Shown one piece after another: positions 59,703 to 64,000 of a DNA stretch of 64,000 bases. A program made the position numbers and the translations under genes. Source of the DNA: Longimicrobiales bacterium (lineage in GTDB: Bacteria; Gemmatimonadota; Gemmatimonadetes; Longimicrobiales; Gaopeijiaceae); assembly GCA_965202985.1 (NCBI GenBank), contig CBDBCF010000001.1, forward strand, positions 1,568,001-1,632,000, written 5' to 3'. Position 1 is the stretch's first letter; each line of letters starts with the position of its first letter. The notes below the pieces were generated by a model, which was not told where the DNA came from, made no database searches, and was given only the letters and a program-made list of their open reading frames with translations.

Positions 59703-60406
59703 CCCAGCGGGCTCGGGCCAAGAACCCACTGACCGACGCACTCGTCACTGGGGAATCGGAGGGCCTGATGAACGCAATCGTTCCAAACCCCACACAGTTT
59801 CGTGAGCCCACGCCCCTCCGTAGCTCACACTCCTCCTGTCCGTGCGGTCGTTACGGCGTTGGAAGACGAGCGATACGAGGTGAAGGCCGTGCTGTCGCGA
59901 GTCCCTGACGCCCACACCGAGTTCCTCGCCGAGACCCCGGCGGCTATGGAACTGGTTGACGCGTACGTTCGCGTGGGCGCTATGGCCGAATCGTCGCGGT
60001 CCCACGCGTTGCACTTCGCCCTAGCCACACTGGCCAAGGCCGATATCCTGGCCAGCTGGGACTACAGGAACATTGTCAACGTCAACCGGATTCAAGACTG
60101 CAACTACGTCAATGTCGCTCAGGGCCAGCGTCGATTGATGGTCCATACGCCGCTGGCGTTAGACCTGTGTGCGTCGTGCGATGCTTCCGGATCCGCGTCT
60201 TTTAGCAACGTCAAGCTGTTGCGCGAAGTACGAGATACGATTTCCAAAGAGATCGCGGACATGAGCTTTGAGGAGAAAAGACAGTGGGAAGCATCCAGGT
60301 TGCCACCGACCCCGCGTTGCGCAAACTCATGAGGCGGATTGCGTCAGCGGGGCCATCCACGCCTCGTCGCAAACTTAGACAGAGGCGAAAGGATGATCCG
60401 TCGTGA
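59699..60406 (+). pseudogene. Second degenerate HsdM-tail/PIN/antitoxin cassette
   Basis: ESEGLMNAIV, TLLLSV, VLSRVPDAH, ALHFALATLAKADILASWDYRNIVN, LLREVRDTISKEIADMSFEE and DPALRKL across several frames; ends in a GTGA overlap with hsdS. Confidence 0.7.
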
Positions 60407-61752
60407 CCAAATGGCTCCGAGACATCCCAGGGCACTGGACAGTCGCTCCTGTCAAGCGGCATTTCAATGTACGACTTGGCAAGCAGCTGCAGAACGATCG
60501 GCTTGCGTCGAGCGACCGGCGGGTGAGCTACCTGAAAGCGAAGCATGTACAGTGGCACTCGACACACACCGACGATCTGCCGCAAATGTGGGCAAGCCCA
60601 TGCGATATCGAACAATTCGGAGTCCGAAGTGGTGACCTTCTCGTCTGTGAAGGGGGCGAAGGTGGTCGATGCACGGTCGTCACAGACCCCGGCGATCAGT
60701 GGATTATCCAGAACGCTCTTCACCGCGTGCGACCGAGCGATGAGGAGCTGCGACGTGACAATTCGGCCAACTTGTGGCTCCAATTTGTGTTACGTGCTGT
60801 CGCTTCCACCGGATGGCTCGACGCGATCAATAACAAGGCAACCATTGCGCACTTCACGGTAGACAAGTTCAATGCATTGATGATTCCAATACCTCCTGCG
60901 GCAGAGCAAGGCGCGCTAGTTGTTTACCTACAACACGAAATGGCCAAGATTGACGCCTTGATCCGCAAGAAGGAAACCCTGGTCGACAGACTCGAGGAAC
61001 ACCGCACAGTCCTCATCAGCAGAACAGTGACGCGAGGACTTCCATTCACCGAAGCAAGAAGGGCTGGATTCGACCCAGATCCAAGACTCAAGTTGAGCGG
61101 AGTAGAGTGGCTGGGGGAGGTGCCTGAACACTGGGAAGTAAAAAGGGGAAAATACATATTCGATGTTGTCGACATTCGATCCATCACAGGACATGAGGAA
61201 CTCTTGACTGTGTCGTCAAAGCATGGTGTTGTTCCGAGAGCGTCCTCCGATGTTTCGGTAACGATGTTTAGGGCCGAATCTTATGTTGGGTCCAAACTGT
61301 GCTGGCCAGGTGACTTGGTGATCAACAGCTTGTGGGCTTGGGGGTGCGGGTTGGGAGTTTCGCCACATCACGGAATAGTAAGCTCGGCATATGGAGTATA
61401 TCGTTTGCGTCGTTGTTATCGGGAATACGCCGGTTACGTCCATTGGTTAGTTCGGTCACATGCGTTCCAAAGAGAACTGCAGGTCCGATCACAAGGCATA
61501 TGGGTTTCCAGACTACAGCTGACCGATGAGTCGTTTCTGGCCGCTTACTTTTCGTTGCCTCCCGATCGAGAACAAGCGGCAATCGCGGAGTACTTGGGTC
61601 ACGCTACCCAAGTCATCGATAAGGCCATTTCGCTCGCACGCAAAGAGATCAACCTGCTCCGCGAGTACCGGACGCGCCTGATTTCCGACGTGGTCACCGG
61701 AAGGGTGGACATGCAGGGGGTCTCTGGTATGGATCAGGAGACAACAGCTTGA
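60403..61752 (+). CDS. hsdS: Type I R-M specificity subunit HsdS
   Basis: Two TRDs with repeated conserved regions WLRDIPGHW / WLGEVPEHW and PPAAEQ / PPDREQ; ends EYRTRLISDVVTG. Confidence 0.93.
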   Translation: MTKWLRDIPGHWTVAPVKRHFNVRLGKQLQNDRLASSDRRVSYLKAKHVQWHSTHTDDLPQMWASPCDIEQFGVRSGDLLVCEGGEGGRCTVVTDPGDQWIIQNALHRVRPSDEELRRDNSANLWLQFVLRAVASTGWLDAINNKATIAHFTVDKFNALMIPIPPAAEQGALVVYLQHEMAKIDALIRKKETLVDRLEEHRTVLISRTVTRGLPFTEARRAGFDPDPRLKLSGVEWLGEVPEHWEVKRGKYIFDVVDIRSITGHEELLTVSSKHGVVPRASSDVSVTMFRAESYVGSKLCWPGDLVINSLWAWGCGLGVSPHHGIVSSAYGVYRLRRCYREYAGYVHWLVRSHAFQRELQVRSQGIWVSRLQLTDESFLAAYFSLPPDREQAAIAEYLGHATQVIDKAISLARKEINLLREYRTRLISDVVTGRVDMQGVSGMDQETTA

Positions 61753-62916
61753 GCACCTCACGGTACGTAGCCCTCGTGGACCAGCTGCGCCGTCGGTCAT
61801 TCGAGACCAAGTGGCTGGGCCAGAGATCAGCCCGTGAGCTTCTGCGGAACGGCCTACGTGCGGATCGGCAGCAGCAAGGCCGAGCTGTCGAAGTACCCGG
61901 ACAGGGCCCGGACGATCTGGGCCCGCGAACTCGACTGGCCGGCCCAGCCCTGCAACGGTGTGGGGCTTTCCGTCCTTGAGCCGGTGACGCTGGCGAAGGC
62001 ACGCGAGCGATTCTTGGAGCGGCACCCGGCCCAGAAGCACGACATCCAAGGTTGGGACGACTCGACGTTTCTTCACAAGACCCGGCTCTTCAGGGACGGT
62101 GCGGCGACGAACGCGGCATTGCTCCTGCTGGGGCGTCCCGAGTCCGCCAGCCTGCTTGAGGACGGGATCGCCTGGCTGTTCTGGATACTCAAGGACGCGG
62201 ACAACCGGCCGCTCGACAGCGCGAATCGAACTTCCCTTTCTCGATGCGGGCGACCGCGTGCTGCAGCGCATACGAAACCTGCCCGTTCGGTTCATGCCGA
62301 AAGGAACGGTGACGCCGAAACAGTTCGACCAGTAACGACGCCTGGGTGGTTCGCGAGACCGTTCACAACGCCATTGCGCACCAGGACCACTATCGGAAAT
62401 GCCGTGTTCCCGTGGGTCGAGTTTCCCGATCGCGTGATCGTGAACAACGCCGGGGCCTTCCTGCCCGGCGACGTGGAAAACGGCGATCCGCCGAAACGCA
62501 CCGGGGATTCGCTATCAGAGCCGCTGCTGGCGGGTGCCATGTACGCATTTGGCGTCATCGAGTCCCAGGGAGGCGGCATTCGGAAGATGTTCGAGACGCA
62601 GCGCGAACGGTTCTTCCCGCTCTCCGACTACGACCTGGCCGAGTACGGTTACGTGGAGGTGACGATTCACGGCCGGCTGTTCGGGGAATCGTACTCGCGG
62701 CTGCTGATGGAGCGGCCGGACCTGGACTTGGAGCAGGTCATGCTCCTGAATAAGGTGCAGAAGGGGCTTCCCATCAGCCCCAAGGCGCATCTGGAACTGG
62801 AAGCCGAAGGACTGGTTCGCGGCTCGCATCCGCATCACGAGGTCACCGACCCGAATCTGGACGTGACGGCCCCGAGTGCCCACAAACGGCCTAGACCGAA
62901 GTTCCGGAGTCTCTAA
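61749..62916 (+). pseudogene. AlbA/Schlafen-like DNA-binding + HATPase-like (RecG C-terminal-like) protein, deleted and frameshifted
   Basis: LVDQLRR..ETKWL start, YVRIGS, TNAALLLLG, VRETVHNAIAHQD, NAGAFLPG and IESQGGGIRKMF in several frames. Confidence 0.75.
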
Positions 62917-64000
62917 TGCCTGTAAGTCGTTGCGTGGTGGCGAGATAGATCATGCTGGGGTTGTACGCTACTGGGTACGTCGGCTCATGGCTTGACGCCG
63001 AGGAGTCGGAAGGCGCGGTCCTGGACCGGCGTGGGAACGGTGAGCACATCCACGGCCGCGGCTCCCTTGGGCTGGACGCGGTTGCGGGCCAGCGTGCCCA
63101 AGTCTTTGAGCAGGGTCTGGAAGCTGTGGACGGGCAAGCCGTCGGAGGTGCGCTTCCGACCGCTGGCCTTGGCCCGGGCCGCGGGCGACGACCGCGCGAG
63201 CGCCACGGGAGACGGTCGCGCCTCGGCGTCGGTCGCCGCTTCGTGGTCGTCGAAGAGCATGGGAGCCAGCGCGCGGCGCATGTGCCACTCGACGTAGTAG
63301 GCGAGCATGCACAGGAACACGTGGGCGCGCACGCGGTCGGCGAGCCGGTGGTGGACGGGTCGCACCTTCAAGTCCACCGTCTTGAAGCTGCGGAACGCCC
63401 GCTCGATCCGTCCCAGGCCCTTGTAGGCGCGCACGGCGTCGGCGGCGCTCAGCTTCCGCTTCGCCACGTTGGTGCGCAGCACGTACACGCCGTCCAGCGC
63501 CGCTTCCCGGGCGATCCGCGCTTCGTTGCGGGCATACGAGAACGAGTCGCGCGTCGCGCGCACCTCGAAGTGCTTGCCCACCTTGCGCGACCGCAGCGCG
63601 CGGTCCGCACGCACGGCGATCCGCGCCTCGCCGCGCAGCGGCCGCCGCTCCCGCCGCACGGCTTGCGCCACCTGCGCGAGCTTCGCCTCCGTGTCGGCCA
63701 GCAGCTCCCTGCGCTTGCGCGCTCGCTCCTCGGCCAGCAACGGGTTCCTGCACACCACCAGCCGCTCGCCCGGATACAGCGCCGGCGCCTCGATCTCCGC
63801 CAGGTCCTGCTCGTCGAACAGCGACAGCTGCAAGCAGCCCTCGGCTGCCAGCTTCTGCACTTCGGGCGCGCGCAGCGCCGTGATCCAGTCCAGCCCGGCC
63901 GGCTCGACCTCTTCTCGGATGCGGGCGCTCGTCAGCAGTCCGCGGTCGCCCACCACCACGACCTTCGTCAGTCCGAAGCGACCGCACAGCTTCTGCAGCT
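62891..64000 (-). mobile_element. IS1634-family element, partial (runs off the window)
   Basis: Contains the transposase below. The probable end is CTAGACCGAAGTTCC at 62891; the other end is not visible. Confidence 0.75.
62985..64000 (-). CDS. IS1634-family transposase, 5' end outside the window
   Basis: VGDRG, WITALR, ERLVVCRNP, DGVYVLRTN, IERAFRSFK and RVRAHVFLCMLAYYV motifs. Confidence 0.9.
   Translation of the reverse strand, partial: LQKLCGRFGLTKVVVVGDRGLLTSARIREEVEPAGLDWITALRAPEVQKLAAEGCLQLSLFDEQDLAEIEAPALYPGERLVVCRNPLLAEERARKRRELLADTEAKLAQVAQAVRRERRPLRGEARIAVRADRALRSRKVGKHFEVRATRDSFSYARNEARIAREAALDGVYVLRTNVAKRKLSAADAVRAYKGLGRIERAFRSFKTVDLKVRPVHHRLADRVRAHVFLCMLAYYVEWHMRRALAPMLFDDHEAATDAEARPSPVALARSSPAARAKASGRKRTSDGLPVHSFQTLLKDLGTLARNRVQPKGAAAVDVLTVPTPVQDRAFRLLGVKP

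Overview
A GC-rich bacterial chromosome segment. The gene content (PIG-L/LmbE protein, stand-alone plug lipoproteins, beta-propeller and carboxypeptidase-regulatory-like proteins) suggests Gemmatimonadota, which is an inference. A central core of about 42 kb (11.4-53.5 kb) holds mostly intact housekeeping and catabolic genes: a nucleoside-type ABC transporter, NSS and SSS transporters, a LeuD-LeuC-type fused aconitase, a Tat-exported xanthine-dehydrogenase-family operon with a cytochrome b, hydantoinase B, glycosylasparaginase, an IPMDH-family enzyme, thiolase, Hbd, rpsU, ychF, pduO, ferredoxin and an M20 deacylase. Two lower-GC defence loci flank it. The left locus (2.5-11.4 kb) is bounded by a diverged direct repeat of a lipoprotein 3' end. 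It carries an IS1182-like element, a coupled pair of unknown genes that each have an R-N-x3-H HEPN-like motif, an orphan MTase with a truncated BglII/BstYI-type REase, an IS5 nested in an ISL3 remnant, and an ABC-ATPase + TOPRIM-like pair. The right locus (53.5-64 kb) is a translationally coupled type I R-M operon. It is led by a DUF6978-like/DUF1828-like pair, and its HsdM runs in frame into a PIN toxin domain that a second IS1182 copy now splits. Next come an antitoxin-like gene, a second degenerate HsdM-tail/PIN/antitoxin cassette, hsdS, a decayed AlbA/ATPase gene and an IS1634. The best candidates for undescribed systems are the HsdM::PIN fusion, the double-HEPN operon and a SpoIIM(DUF95)-M48 peptidase fusion. 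No tRNA, rRNA or CRISPR array was seen. All family calls come from motif recognition, not database searches.
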